DNA of 64,000 nucleotides from Myxococcales bacterium (GCA_031431215.1 JANPCZ010000020.1:13852-77851); one strand, 5' to 3'. Positions 33,339-44,161 are shown, counted from the stretch's first letter. Notes: generated by a model from the sequence alone, not told the origin. Program-made: numbers and translations.

Positions 33339-33349
33339 AGGATGCCGCC

Positions 33350-34033
33350 ATGAACGCCACCTCCCTCATCAATCAGACCGCCCAGAAGGAACCGCCCTCG
33401 ACGATGGATCGCGTCGGGTCGACCGCCCTCGGCAAGGACGAGTTCGTCAAGCTGCTGCTCGCCCAGCTGGGCAATCAAGACCCCACGCAGCCGGTCGACA
33501 GCCAGGCATTCGTTGCCCAGCTGGCGCAATTTGCCTCCCTTGAGCAGTTGAACAGCGTCAACGAGCGCCTCGACTCGCTCCTCCTGGCCGCAACCTCCAG
33601 CAGTCAGACAGCGGCCGCGTCCTTTGTCGGTCGCGACGTGCAATTCCGAACTGACAAGTTGCAGCTCGGCGCTGCGGGCGGCCCGGTCAGCTCATCCGGC
33701 AAGCTGACGGCCGACGCCACCGAGGTGTCGGTGTCGGTTGTCGACTCGACTGGCAAGCCGGTGCGGACGCTGCAACTGGGCGCGCGCGCCAAGGGCGACT
33801 TCGCCTTCGTGTGGGACGGCAACCTCGACAGCGGCGCCACCGCGCCCGCGGGCGAGTACAAGCTCAAGGTCAGCGCCGTCGACAAGGACAAGAAGCCGGT
33901 CACCGCTGACATGTACGGCCTCGGGCTGTGCACCGGCGTGGCCTTCGACAGTGGTTACCCCGAGCTCCTGGTCAACGGGAGTCGCATCAAGATGTCCGAG
34001 ATCGTGGAGATTCAACAAAGGAGCGGAACATGA
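33350..34033 (+). CDS. flgD: Flagellar hook cap protein FlgD
   Basis: LGKDEFVKLLLAQLGNQDPTQP..QLAQFASLEQ..WDG. Confidence 0.95.
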   Translation: MNATSLINQTAQKEPPSTMDRVGSTALGKDEFVKLLLAQLGNQDPTQPVDSQAFVAQLAQFASLEQLNSVNERLDSLLLAATSSSQTAAASFVGRDVQFRTDKLQLGAAGGPVSSSGKLTADATEVSVSVVDSTGKPVRTLQLGARAKGDFAFVWDGNLDSGATAPAGEYKLKVSAVDKDKKPVTADMYGLGLCTGVAFDSGYPELLVNGSRIKMSEIVEIQQRSGT

Positions 34034-35316
34034 GTTTGCTGTCATCACTGAATACCGGCGCCGCAGGACTTGAAACCAACAGCATCGAGCTGGAAATAAT
34101 TGGCGACAACATCGCCAACGCCAACACCGTTGGCTTCAAGGCCAGCCGTGCGGCCTTCCAAGAGCAGCTCGCGCGCACTGTGATCGGGCAAGGCCCGTCG
34201 CAGGTCGGTCTCGGCGCGCGTTTGCAGACCGTGCAAAGGATCATCACCCAGGGCGCTCTCACCACCACCAGCCGCGCCACGGACGTAGCGATCGATGGCG
34301 GCGGCCTGTTCATAGTCAAGGGTGCCGGCACGCAATCCACCTACTACACGCGCGCCGGCCAGTTCACCTTCGACAAGGACGGTTACCTGGTCAACCTCCA
34401 GGGCCTCAGGGTGCAGGGCTTCAGCTCCAACGCCCAGGGCGTCATCCAGCCTGCGATCGGCGATCTGCAGGTCGGCACCGCCACCAGCCCGCCGCTCGCC
34501 ACCACCACAGCGGTCATCAAGGCCAACCTGTCCTCCACCGCACTCCCGCCTGCTGTGTCGCCGTTCGCGCCCGGGAACGCAGTCGCCACCAGCAACTACG
34601 TGAGCAGCATCTCGGTGTACGACTCGCTGGGCGCGGCCCACCAGGTCGATACCTACTTCGTGCGCACGGTAGCGGGCTGGGACTATCACGCACTGACCGA
34701 CGGTGGCGGCCTGACCGGTGGCACCGCCGGCACCGCCACCGAGATCGCCAACGGCACGCTCACGTTCGGCGCCAGTGGGCAGCTGACCGCGAAGACCACC
34801 GCGGGCGGCCCGTTCAACCCGAAGGGCGCGGTCAATCCGCAGGCTATCAATTGGAACTTCGGCACCTCGACCGGCGCCGGCGGCACCGGTCTTGACGGCA
34901 TCACGCAGTTCGCGTCACCGAGCTCCACCAGCTTCCTCAGCCAGGACGGCTACCCTGCCGGCGATCTCGCCAGCTTGAACATCGACAAAGATGGCCAACT
35001 GGTCGGCGCCTTCACCAACGGTCGTGATCGCGTGATTGGCCAGCTCGCCGTCGCGAATTTCCAGGCCGAGGACACGATGGAACGCGTCGGCGGCAACCTG
35101 TATCGCTCCAACCTCGACTCGGGCCCGCCCAACATCGGCGCGCCCGGCACCGGCCCGCACGGCGCGGTGGTCGCCGGCACGCTCGAGCAGTCCAACGTCG
35201 ATATGGCCGGCGAATTCGTCCGCATGATCGCCGCCCAGCGCGGCTTCCAGGCCAACTCGAAGACCCTGACCACCGCCGACCAGCTACTCGCCGAGTTGAT
35301 GACGCTCAAGCGGTAA
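34030..35316 (+). CDS. flgE: Flagellar hook protein FlgE
   Basis: IGDNIANANTVGFK..DVAIDGGG.F..YTRAGQF..VYDSLG..LEQSNVD..QRGFQANSK. Confidence 0.96.
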   Translation: MSLLSSLNTGAAGLETNSIELEIIGDNIANANTVGFKASRAAFQEQLARTVIGQGPSQVGLGARLQTVQRIITQGALTTTSRATDVAIDGGGLFIVKGAGTQSTYYTRAGQFTFDKDGYLVNLQGLRVQGFSSNAQGVIQPAIGDLQVGTATSPPLATTTAVIKANLSSTALPPAVSPFAPGNAVATSNYVSSISVYDSLGAAHQVDTYFVRTVAGWDYHALTDGGGLTGGTAGTATEIANGTLTFGASGQLTAKTTAGGPFNPKGAVNPQAINWNFGTSTGAGGTGLDGITQFASPSSTSFLSQDGYPAGDLASLNIDKDGQLVGAFTNGRDRVIGQLAVANFQAEDTMERVGGNLYRSNLDSGPPNIGAPGTGPHGAVVAGTLEQSNVDMAGEFVRMIAAQRGFQANSKTLTTADQLLAELMTLKR

Positions 35317-35342
35317 GGATCCGTCCTGGGTTCTGACAACGG

Positions 35343-35606
35343 ATGTCCTTGCGCATGATATTGCTCACCCGACTCGACGGCCGCGAGGTCGTCATAAACA
35401 CCGACCTCGTGGTCACCGTCGAGAAGATCCCCGACACCGTGGTGACCCTGACCACCGGCGACAGGATCATGGTGCGCGAATCCGTCGAGCTGGTAATCGA
35501 GCGCGCGGTGGCCTTCCGCCACCGCGCGCTGAATGGCCCTGGAATGCGGCCCGATGTACTCCAGAACGAGCACCAAACTGTCGAGAAGCCTGCAAAGGAC
35601 GGGTAG
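35343..35606 (+). CDS. flbD: Flagellar FlbD-family protein
   Basis: ILLTRLDG..INTDLV..VE..PDTVVTL..G..VRES; lies between flgE and motA. Confidence 0.85.
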   Translation: MSLRMILLTRLDGREVVINTDLVVTVEKIPDTVVTLTTGDRIMVRESVELVIERAVAFRHRALNGPGMRPDVLQNEHQTVEKPAKDG

Positions 35607-35612
35607 ACGACG

Positions 35613-36389
35613 ATGGACATCACAACAATCGGCGGCATCCTGTTGGCCGTCGGCGCCATATTAGGCGGGCAGGCGATCGAAGGCGGCCATGCCTCATCGC
35701 TGATGCAGGGCGCCGCCGCCGTGATCGTTTTCGGTGGCACCATCGGCGCGTGCGCCGTGGCTTTCCCGCTGCCCGACTTCCTGCGCGGCCTCAAGATGGC
35801 GAAGCTCGCCTTCACGTCGAAGAAGGTCGATATCGCAGGCCTGATCAAAGAGATCGTCGAGCTGGCGGGCATCGCCCGCCGCGACGGCGTGCTGGCGCTC
35901 GAGCAGCAGGTCGAGAAGATCACGGACCCGTTCTTGAAGCGCGCCATCAGCTTCCTGGTCGACGGCGTCGACGCCGCCATCGCGCGCGATTCGCTCGAGA
36001 CGCAGATCTTCCAGGAGTTCGAGGAAGGCACCGTGGCCGCCAAGGTGTTCGAGTCCGCCGGCGGTTTCGCCCCGACGGTCGGCATTCTGGGCGCCGTGAT
36101 GGGCCTCATCCACGTCATGGAGAACCTGTCGGATCCGTCGAAGCTGGGCGGTGGTATCGCCACCGCGTTCGTCGCCACCGTGTACGGCGTTGGTATCTCG
36201 AACCTGGTGTTCCTGCCCATGGCCACCAAGCTCAAGCGCAAGCTGGGCATCGAGAAAGAGCGCAAGACACTCATCGCCGAGGGCGTGCTGTCCATTCAGG
36301 CTGGGCTCAACCCGCGCGTTCTCGAGGGCAAGCTGCAGGCTTACGCCGGCGAGCACGGCGGCGCGAAGGAGGGCGGCGAGGGCAAGTAG
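35613..36389 (+). CDS. motA: Flagellar stator protein MotA
   Basis: IVFGGT..ARRDGVLALE..APTVGILGAVMGLI..AFVATVYG. Confidence 0.95.
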   Translation: MDITTIGGILLAVGAILGGQAIEGGHASSLMQGAAAVIVFGGTIGACAVAFPLPDFLRGLKMAKLAFTSKKVDIAGLIKEIVELAGIARRDGVLALEQQVEKITDPFLKRAISFLVDGVDAAIARDSLETQIFQEFEEGTVAAKVFESAGGFAPTVGILGAVMGLIHVMENLSDPSKLGGGIATAFVATVYGVGISNLVFLPMATKLKRKLGIEKERKTLIAEGVLSIQAGLNPRVLEGKLQAYAGEHGGAKEGGEGK

Positions 36390-36410
36390 CCCCGCGGCCC
36401 GGTCATCACC

Positions 36411-37196
36411 TTGGCGAAGCGGCAGGTCCACGAGGAGCACGAGAACCACGAGCGGTGGCTGGTCTCGTACGCCGACTTCATCACGCTGCTGTTCGCGTTC
36501 TTCGTGGTCCTGTACGCCACCAGCCGCGTCGACACCAAGAAGACGGTCCAGGTTGAGAAGGCCATCAAGTTCGCCATGAACTTCAAGGGCACCGGCGGTA
36601 TCAAGGACATAACGGTGTTTCCCGGCCCACCCACCGACAGCGGCTATCCGCGCATGCTTCTGCGCAGCGACAGGCCGCCGCGCACCATCGAGGAGAACAA
36701 GAAGGTGGTCGAGGCGCTGCGCAAGAAGATCCAGCAGAAGCTGCAACGCTTCCTGCAGGAACGCCCCGAGGTCAGCAAGCTGGTCCAGATCGAAAGCGAG
36801 GGACGCAAGCTGACGGTGCGGCTGTCGGCGGCGCACTTCTTTGACCCGCAGGCCGCCGCGATCCGGCCCGAGATGATTCCCATCCTCGACGCCATTGCGT
36901 CCGAGCTGGTCTGGTTCAATCGCCCGCTGCGCATAGACGGGCACACCGACGATGCTCGCCTCACCGCGACGCGTTTTAGAGACAATTGGGACCTGAGTTC
37001 ATCGCGCGCCGCGGCCGTCGCCAGTTACGTGCAGCGGGCGCACCATTTCGACGGCAAGCTGCTGGCCGCATCGGGGTTCGCTGCCACGCGGCCGCTCGGC
37101 GACAACAAGACTGCCGCCGGCCGTGAGGCCAACCGCCGGATCGAGATGGTGGTCGAAATCAGCCCCGACGATCCGCTCGACGGGTTGGCGAAGTAG
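36411..37196 (+). CDS. motB: Flagellar stator protein MotB
   Basis: WLVSYADFITLLFAFFVVLYA; OmpA-like GHTD..NWDLS..NRRIE. Confidence 0.95.
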   Translation: MAKRQVHEEHENHERWLVSYADFITLLFAFFVVLYATSRVDTKKTVQVEKAIKFAMNFKGTGGIKDITVFPGPPTDSGYPRMLLRSDRPPRTIEENKKVVEALRKKIQQKLQRFLQERPEVSKLVQIESEGRKLTVRLSAAHFFDPQAAAIRPEMIPILDAIASELVWFNRPLRIDGHTDDARLTATRFRDNWDLSSSRAAAVASYVQRAHHFDGKLLAASGFAATRPLGDNKTAAGREANRRIEMVVEISPDDPLDGLAK

Positions 37197-37273
37197 TCGC
37201 GACGCAACGTCGACGTGTGTGCGCGCGTGATGGCAGTCGTGGTCGCGCTCTGGCTCGCAGCGGTCGAGGCTGG

Positions 37274-38461
37274 CTACTTCAGCCACACCTGGCACACCTC
37301 CAGGTAGCGCGACTCGTCCCACGCCGGGGGCGTCGGGTAGTCGGGCGGCAGTCCGCCAGTTTCCAGCACCGCGCCCGACTTTCCAGCCCGCTGCAGGCCG
37401 TCCGCCACCTGCGCCAGCACGCTCGGCCCCTTGCGGGTGTTGGCCGACGCCCACAAGATGCCGCCATCCGGGGGCAACAGCTTGGCCGCCAGCGCGATGA
37501 GATCGGGGTAGTCCTTCTTCATCGACCACTGCGAAGCGCGCGCCGCCGATACCGTCGGCGGATCCATGATGATGGTGTCCCAGGTCGCGCCGCGCTCGCG
37601 CTCTTTTTCCATGAAGCGCCGCACGTCCGACACCTCGAAGCGGTAGCGTCCGTCGTCGTCGGGCAGGCCGTTGAGATGGAAGTTCGCCCGGGCCCACGCC
37701 AGCACCCCGGACGACAGATCGACACTGGTCACGTGGGTGGCACCGGCCCGGGCCGCTGCCACGCTCAGGGCGCCGGTGTACGCGAACGTGTTCAGCACCC
37801 GTCGGCCCGCGACGAAGCGGGCAAGGCCGCGGCGCTGCTCGCGCATGTCAGTGAACAGCCCGACGTTGAGCGCCCCCACCAGGTGCACCTCGAACGCGAG
37901 ACCAAGCTCATGCACCACCAGCTTGTCGGGCGGGCATTCGCCGTGGATCTCCTCCTTGGCCGACCGGTCTTGCGGATCCTTGCCCCTCACCTTGATCACC
38001 GCCCCGCGTAGCCCGAGCGTATCGCTGCCAAGCGCGGCCTCTGCCAGCAGCCGGCCCCACGGCAAGAGACCTCGGCCTGGCACGCTGCACACCACGAAGG
38101 CGCCATAGACATCGACCGTGAAGCCGGGCAGGCCGTCACCTTCGCCGTTGACCAGACGCCAGGCCTCGGTGTCGTCCGCGACCCGGGTCGCCCGCCGCAG
38201 TGCAAGGGCCCCCTCCACCCGCCGACGGAAAAACGCGCCGTCGAGCGCACGCAACTCGCTCCGTGCGAGGATCCGCACCACGCCGTTCTCGGGATCCGCG
38301 ATGCCGGTAGCGAGAGTCTCGGCATGTCGGTCAATGAGCCGCACCGGCCGGCCAGGCTCGAGGCCGGCCGGCTCGCCAAGTTCCGCCAGCGAGACTGTGG
38401 GCGCCCCGTCGGACAGCCGGGTCGCTGCGATGTCGGTCAGGGCCACCCCGTGGAAGGACAT
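37274..38461 (-). CDS. RlmI/RlmK-like (COG1092) 23S rRNA methyltransferase
   Basis: RLVNGEGDGLPG..VDVYG; GLFTDMRE; VLNTFAYTG; IIMDPP. Confidence 0.85.
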   Translation of the reverse strand: MSFHGVALTDIAATRLSDGAPTVSLAELGEPAGLEPGRPVRLIDRHAETLATGIADPENGVVRILARSELRALDGAFFRRRVEGALALRRATRVADDTEAWRLVNGEGDGLPGFTVDVYGAFVVCSVPGRGLLPWGRLLAEAALGSDTLGLRGAVIKVRGKDPQDRSAKEEIHGECPPDKLVVHELGLAFEVHLVGALNVGLFTDMREQRRGLARFVAGRRVLNTFAYTGALSVAAARAGATHVTSVDLSSGVLAWARANFHLNGLPDDDGRYRFEVSDVRRFMEKERERGATWDTIIMDPPTVSAARASQWSMKKDYPDLIALAAKLLPPDGGILWASANTRKGPSVLAQVADGLQRAGKSGAVLETGGLPPDYPTPPAWDESRYLEVCQVWLK

Positions 38462-38620
38462 GGGCCGCGCATCTTATACGGGGCGCAGGCGCGCCGCGCC
38501 GACGGACCACGTGGCGACCCTGCTGGGACGTGTTAGCAACCTGTTGCTGGCAGGATTGCCCGTGCGGTAGACCGTTGGCCGGTGTCCAAAGGCCAACCCT
38601 GCAGTTCAGTGAGGTCCCCG

Positions 38621-41377
38621 ATGTCGCATGCGTTCGGTCGACTTGTTTTAGTGGCAGCGATTTGCGCGCTGCCGAAGCTGGCGCTGGCGCAGGGCGGGGT
38701 CACCGGCAGTGTCGTGGGTTACGTGTTCGATCAGGGCGGCCAGCCCCTGAAAGGCATCAAGATTGTCACCACGTCTGCCACCCAGATCGGCGGTGGCAAG
38801 ACCACCTACACCAACGACGAGGGTTTCTTCCGTTTCGTCGGCCTCCTGCCTGGCACGTTCGAGGTCAGCGCGAGCGCCAAGGGCTTGCGGACGGTGCTTC
38901 AGAAGGACATCGCGGTGGGCGTGAGTTCATCGGCCGAGATCAACCTGGTGATGGAAGTCGAGTCGCAGCAACTCGAAGAGGTCAAGGTCATCGAGAAGGC
39001 GCCCATCGTCAGCACCACAAGCTCCGTCATCAAGGAGGTTTACGACGAGGAGTTCGTTGACAACCTGCCGGTCGACACGAAGACGGCGATCGAGGACTTC
39101 GTCGGCACAAGCGTGGCGGGCGCGGTCGACGGTGGCACCCGGTCCACACGCATCCGCGGTGGCGCCAGCAACCAGAACGCGTTCCTGGTCGATGGCTTCT
39201 ACATGAATGGCCAGAAAGTCACCCACAAGGCCCTGGCGGCCTTCGAGGTGCAGACCGCCGGCTACGGCGCCGAGGGCGCGGCGTATTCGGGCGGCGTGGT
39301 CAACATGGTCACCAAGTCAGGGTCCAACAAGTTCGAGTTCGACGTGAACTCGTTCGCCGAGGACACCTACTTGCGCTTCTTCAAGGTCAATGCGATCGAC
39401 AACGTCGAGCACGGCTGGGTCTATTACATCAACCCCAACTTTTCGGGTCCAATCATCAAGGATCGGCTGTGGTACTTCGCCAACATCGAGACCCGCAGCC
39501 AGGTGACGACACGCGAGAAAGATCCGAGTGGCATCGCGCCCGTCCCGCGCAAAAATTCCTATGGCAACGTGCGCGGGTCGGTGAAATTGACCTGGCAGGT
39601 CAGCCCGCGTAACAAGATCCAGAGCATCACCCAGATCAACCGCGACTTCTACAAGAACACCGTCTCCGGCTTCGGCGTCGAGCAAGACGCGCAGGCCAAG
39701 CGCGACCACCTCGACGGCATGATAGGCGTCATCTGGGAGTCGATGTTGACCGACACCCTGCTGTTTCGCAGCCAGGTCGGCGTGCAGCGGTTCTGGGAGG
39801 AAACCGCGCCCGAACGGTGCCGCACGTCGCCCGAGGATTGTGACCACATCAATCCAGTCACACAGTCGTTCCCGCGCGCTCAAACCCTGCAGAATTTCGG
39901 CTCCCACGAGCAGCGCATCCGACAGACCATCGAGTTCATCAACAAGTTCGAGTGGTTCGGCAGCTCGAAGGTTCTCGGCGACCACAACGTCAAGCTCCAG
40001 AACACCTACTTCGTCGAGCATGCCGAGATCGCGTCTGCCACGCCGGGCGACCAGAGCATCTCTCTCAACGGCGCCCTGAACAGCAGCAAGACCGAATACT
40101 TCTCCAACGATCCGCGGCTCGACAGCGCCCGCTACGGCTGGTTCATCCGAGCCAGTGACAGCGTCAAGAACGTGGCCGTCCTGACCGACAGCATGCGGCT
40201 CACGCGGCACTTCACGCTTTCGCCTGGCTTGAGCTGGATCTACGGCCGCGGTTCCAACAGCATCGGCGACGTCTCGATAGACGCGCAGGCCCTGGCGCCC
40301 AGCATGTCGGCGGTATGGGACGCAACTCATGACGGTCGCACCGCTGTGCGCGGCAGCTTCAGCAGCATGGTCGACGTCGATGTGGGGGCGCTGTCGCGCC
40401 ACACGCTGGGCAGTCAGGTGACAAGGAAGTGCAACTGGGACGCCAATGCGGAGAAGTTCTCCTCCGGATGCGTCTATTCAGGTGGTGCCTCCGGGCGCAC
40501 CATCGGGTTACCCTGCGGCCGCTCGGAGGTGGACCAGTTCGGGCTACCCTGCAAGGAGAAGCTGCGGATCCCAAGGACCTGGGAGTACACCGCAGGCCTC
40601 GAGCGCGAGATCGTCCAGGGCGTCGGGATCGGAACCGACTTCGTCTACCGCCAGTTCACCCGGCAGTACGAACAGATCGAGACCAACAAGATCTGGAACA
40701 ACTCGGGCACCGAACTCGATCCCGACGGTGGCTACAAGAACGGCCGCGCCCAGAGCATCGCCGACCTCGAGACGCCCGCGGAGGCGCGCCGGCGCTACAT
40801 CGGGGTGACCACGACGGTGCACAAGCGCGAAGGCGCCCTCAAGATCACGGCCGCCTACACCTGGTCCCAGCTCACCGGCACGGTGCAGGACGGGAATGCC
40901 AACGAGTACGGCGACATCCCGGGCCGCGACATCTACCTGCTCGACTCCTACCTGGGTGACGATGCACGCCACGCCATTCGCACGCAGGCCGTGTACCAGA
41001 TCACCAAGTGGCTGACGACCGGTATCCAGTGGCGCTACACCTCCGGGCGGCCCTACTCGCGCCGATTCTGGAACACCCAGACCGATAGTTTCGCCGACTA
41101 CCGTGCGCGGCCGGGCGTCAATCCGGGTAGCAACATCAACGATCCCAACGACGACCGACCGATTCGTTTGCCCGACCAGCAGATCCTGAACGTCCAGCTG
41201 CGAGCGAATCTCAAACCGATCACGGGAACCAACCTCGAGGCCTACGTCGACGTGTTGAACGTGCTGGCGCTGCGCACCGTCACCGGCGTCGAGACCCAGG
41301 ACACCCCGCTATTCCAGCAGGCCACCGGCTATCTGCCGGCCATGAACCTGCGCATCGGCGCCCGTTACAAGTTCTGA
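38621..41377 (+). CDS. Oar-like TonB-dependent receptor with an N-terminal carboxypeptidase-regulatory-like domain
   Basis: Signal peptide; G.V.D..GQPL..T...GFFRF..LLPGTF; GGVVNMVTKSGSN; GPIIKDRLWYF; C-terminal RYKF. Confidence 0.88.
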   Translation: MSHAFGRLVLVAAICALPKLALAQGGVTGSVVGYVFDQGGQPLKGIKIVTTSATQIGGGKTTYTNDEGFFRFVGLLPGTFEVSASAKGLRTVLQKDIAVGVSSSAEINLVMEVESQQLEEVKVIEKAPIVSTTSSVIKEVYDEEFVDNLPVDTKTAIEDFVGTSVAGAVDGGTRSTRIRGGASNQNAFLVDGFYMNGQKVTHKALAAFEVQTAGYGAEGAAYSGGVVNMVTKSGSNKFEFDVNSFAEDTYLRFFKVNAIDNVEHGWVYYINPNFSGPIIKDRLWYFANIETRSQVTTREKDPSGIAPVPRKNSYGNVRGSVKLTWQVSPRNKIQSITQINRDFYKNTVSGFGVEQDAQAKRDHLDGMIGVIWESMLTDTLLFRSQVGVQRFWEETAPERCRTSPEDCDHINPVTQSFPRAQTLQNFGSHEQRIRQTIEFINKFEWFGSSKVLGDHNVKLQNTYFVEHAEIASATPGDQSISLNGALNSSKTEYFSNDPRLDSARYGWFIRASDSVKNVAVLTDSMRLTRHFTLSPGLSWIYGRGSNSIGDVSIDAQALAPSMSAVWDATHDGRTAVRGSFSSMVDVDVGALSRHTLGSQVTRKCNWDANAEKFSSGCVYSGGASGRTIGLPCGRSEVDQFGLPCKEKLRIPRTWEYTAGLEREIVQGVGIGTDFVYRQFTRQYEQIETNKIWNNSGTELDPDGGYKNGRAQSIADLETPAEARRRYIGVTTTVHKREGALKITAAYTWSQLTGTVQDGNANEYGDIPGRDIYLLDSYLGDDARHAIRTQAVYQITKWLTTGIQWRYTSGRPYSRRFWNTQTDSFADYRARPGVNPGSNINDPNDDRPIRLPDQQILNVQLRANLKPITGTNLEAYVDVLNVLALRTVTGVETQDTPLFQQATGYLPAMNLRIGARYKF

Positions 41378-41463
41378 GCGGACCAGATGCGCGGGCGCGG
41401 CGCCGAGTAGCGGGTGCGCCGTCGCAGCGCCCGGCAGACCCGGACCGCCGGCAAGCGCGGCCT

Positions 41464-42345
41464 TCATCGCCCCGACGAGTACGGGGTCTCTCCCGCCATG
41501 AACACGCGGCTCACCGAGACCGACAGAATGACCGGCGACGAGTACGCCAGCGCCTCGTCCGTGGCGCTGAGGATCTTGCGGAATACCGGCACGCGGATGG
41601 ACCAGGCAAGCATGGTGCCGCCAAGCTGGTGTACCAAAGTGGCTCCCAGCAGAAGCTCGGTGCGGCCGAGGTTGCCGTCTTCCTGCAGCTTGCCGCTCCA
41701 CCGTTCCGGCCGCTCGTGAAGTGCGTCGATCCCGACCGCGCTGCGCAGGCGCGGCCACAACTGCGCTGCTACCTGCGCGCCCACCAGGTAGCGGTTCCCG
41801 GCGCGAAAGCCGCGGTCACTCGCGTAGGTGGTGATCTGCGCCTCGACGTAGCTCTCGACGCGCGCCCGACCGGCCGGCACTGACACCGACGCGCCGGCCA
41901 CCGGATCGACCGTACCGTTGCCCATCTGGATGTGCTGGTGCTGCATACCCGCTCTACCCAGCGCGAACGGATCTTCCTGCGTGCGTCCGAACGGCAGCGT
42001 GACGCCCACGTGCCCGGCCAAGCGCAGCCTGCCCGCGGGCGCCGCCTGGCCGCGCTAGCAGCCACGGATCGCCGAAGCCCGTGATGGTCTCGTTGCGGTG
42101 GTGGAGGGCGGGCGCCTTCGGGACAAACGGCCCGCCGTCGGGGCTGGTGTACCGGATCCGACTGCGCACGATCCGGAACGGGACCTGCAGCTCGACGGTC
42201 AGCCATTGCAGAAGGCCCCACTCACCCGAAAGGCGCAGCTCGCCGGGTAGCAGGGTCTGGTCGTGGCGGTGCGGCGCCTCGATCGGTGTCTCGATGCAGG
42301 TCGCGGGATCCTCGCAGCCAACTTCGCATGACTCTCTTGTGTCCA
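41464..42345 (-). pseudogene. Disrupted outer-membrane 'transporter'-type beta-barrel gene (frameshift ~42030; 5' end lacks a clear start)
   Basis: One frame reads EVGCEDPATC..HRHDQ..ELQVPFR..HHRNETITGFGDP and a second continues GVTLPFGRT.EDPF..HQHIQMGNGTVDP..YSSP. Confidence 0.55.
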
Positions 42346-42627
42346 GCGCCCGCAGCGGCGGCGTTTTCGGGCATGATTCTGACGCCGATGACCGCCAAGG
42401 TTACAGAGAAGTTATCGGACAAACCCGGAGCGACAGGCGCTGGGCCGAAAAGTGGCCTTGAACCCCGAGCCGTGCGACGGAGATGCACGCCCGCTCGGAC
42501 GTAGACCCTGTCGATGTGGCGACGGAGGTCACTGCGGCCGTCCAGGCGCGAGGACGGGGTGACGAGAACGCTCCACACACTACGCGCACGCCCCGCGCAC
42601 GCCGATTCGTGCAGCGGTGCCGTGCCC

Positions 42628-43830
42628 TCAGCGCGGTTTCGCGTCGAGGATCGGGGTCTTCGCCACGTCGGTGGCGATCCAGATCCAGCCCGCGCCGGAC
42701 GCCGTGTTCTTTCCGGTCGTGTACGTGTTCGTGATCGTCAGGCGCCCGTTCTTGCCCGCCAGGTCCAGGTTCGCGCCGGAGTTCATGAAGTTGGAATTGC
42801 TGATGGTGTGCGGGCCGGCGCCCGAGCCGTACAGCATCGCGCCCCACGAATTGAGATTGACCTTGCCCGTGGGCGCGTCTGCGCCGTCGGTGACGTGATC
42901 GATCTCGAACTTGGCGACGGCGTTGAAGTGGAAGCCGCAGTGCGAGCCGGTGATGGTCGAGTACTCGACGTGGATCAGTTTCGCGGCGTTCGACACGATG
43001 TAATCGCCGCCGCCACTCGCGGTCGCGCGAAAGATCGAGTCGGCCAAAAACATGGTCGCCCCCGGATCGCCCGCGATGAGCCCTTCCGCCGATGCGACCT
43101 TCTGGTAGTCGAGGTACGAGGTCGTGAAGTCACCGTTGATGCTGCTGGCGCCCTTGGCCCCCAGCACCGCCGCCCGCGTCGTCGCGAGCTTTCCGCCGGC
43201 GTCAATCTCGAACGGCGTTTGTGCGGCCGTGATCGTCCCGCGATCGTACTTGGCGTCGGCGTTGCCGGCCTGGACGTGGATGGCGCTGGCGGCGTTGTCC
43301 AGATCGACCCCATCCAGCGCCAGTGTCCCACTGCTGGCCACGACGAGGCCGCCCCAGGTGCCGGTGGCGGTGGCAGCGGCGATCTTGGCGTGCGCGCCGG
43401 CCGCGCTGGCTGCCTGCAGCGTCCCCTTGATGGTGATCGTCGCACTGGTGGCCGCCGTGATCTTGGCCCCGGGCGCAATCGTGACCGTGACTCCGGACGC
43501 GATCTCGACCGGGCCTGAGAGCTGCTTGCCGTCGGCCCAGGTTTCATTCTGGGACATGATGGTCGGCGGTTGCACCACGGGCGGCGGTGTGGGGCCAGGG
43601 GGCGGGATTGTCACCGGCGGTGACGTGGTGCTCGGCGGCGGCGTGCCCATTCCGGGCGGCGGCGATCCAGTCGGCAGCGGTGACGTCGAGCCCGGCGGCG
43701 ATGTCGTTCCCCCGCCGCCGCCCGGTGTGGGGTTGTCGCCGGAGCACGCTGCCGAAACGACGAGCGCAAGCAGCAACGTCGTTGCCGCGCGCGCGACCCT
43801 CTTGTCGACCGTTGCGCTAACCCGATCCAT
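42628..43830 (-). CDS. Lipoprotein with a Pro/Thr-rich linker and a probable beta-helix domain
   Basis: RBS GGAGG; lipobox SAAC; IASGVTVTIAPGA..WGGLVV pattern. Confidence 0.75.
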   Translation of the reverse strand: MDRVSATVDKRVARAATTLLLALVVSAACSGDNPTPGGGGGTTSPPGSTSPLPTGSPPPGMGTPPPSTTSPPVTIPPPGPTPPPVVQPPTIMSQNETWADGKQLSGPVEIASGVTVTIAPGAKITAATSATITIKGTLQAASAAGAHAKIAAATATGTWGGLVVASSGTLALDGVDLDNAASAIHVQAGNADAKYDRGTITAAQTPFEIDAGGKLATTRAAVLGAKGASSINGDFTTSYLDYQKVASAEGLIAGDPGATMFLADSIFRATASGGGDYIVSNAAKLIHVEYSTITGSHCGFHFNAVAKFEIDHVTDGADAPTGKVNLNSWGAMLYGSGAGPHTISNSNFMNSGANLDLAGKNGRLTITNTYTTGKNTASGAGWIWIATDVAKTPILDAKPR

Positions 43831-43867
43831 GGGCACCTCCACTACTAAGAAACAGCCGACCCCGAGC

Positions 43868-44161
43868 CTAGCACCCGGCGAACGTAACCGGCTCTCTCGA
43901 CAGGGATATGCCCCTGAGCGGGGTGCCCGGCGTGCCCTGTCCGGGTGAGACACAGGCGAAGCCAGTGCCACAGTTGCCGCCGCCGAACGGGCCGCCACCA
44001 CCGCAGCAAGCCTGACCCGCACCGCCGTAAGTCTGGCACATGCCCAGGCTGCCGTTCTGGCCGCGGCCGACGCAACCGAGGCCCACGAGGCAAGTGTTTT
44101 GCCCGCCGCCGCCTCCACAGCAAGTCTGTCCCGTGGCTCCACAGGGCTGGCACATGTTCAT
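43868..44161 (-). pseudogene. Short partial duplicate of two Cys-rich repeats from the upstream gene
   Basis: MCQPCGATGQTCC..CGTGFACVSPGQG is near-identical to ~44835-45050. Confidence 0.65.

Noticed and set aside
38548-38565. Sigma54 promoter before the Oar-like receptor (TGGCAGGATTGC)
   Set aside because: The GG-to-GC spacing does not fit the required N10.
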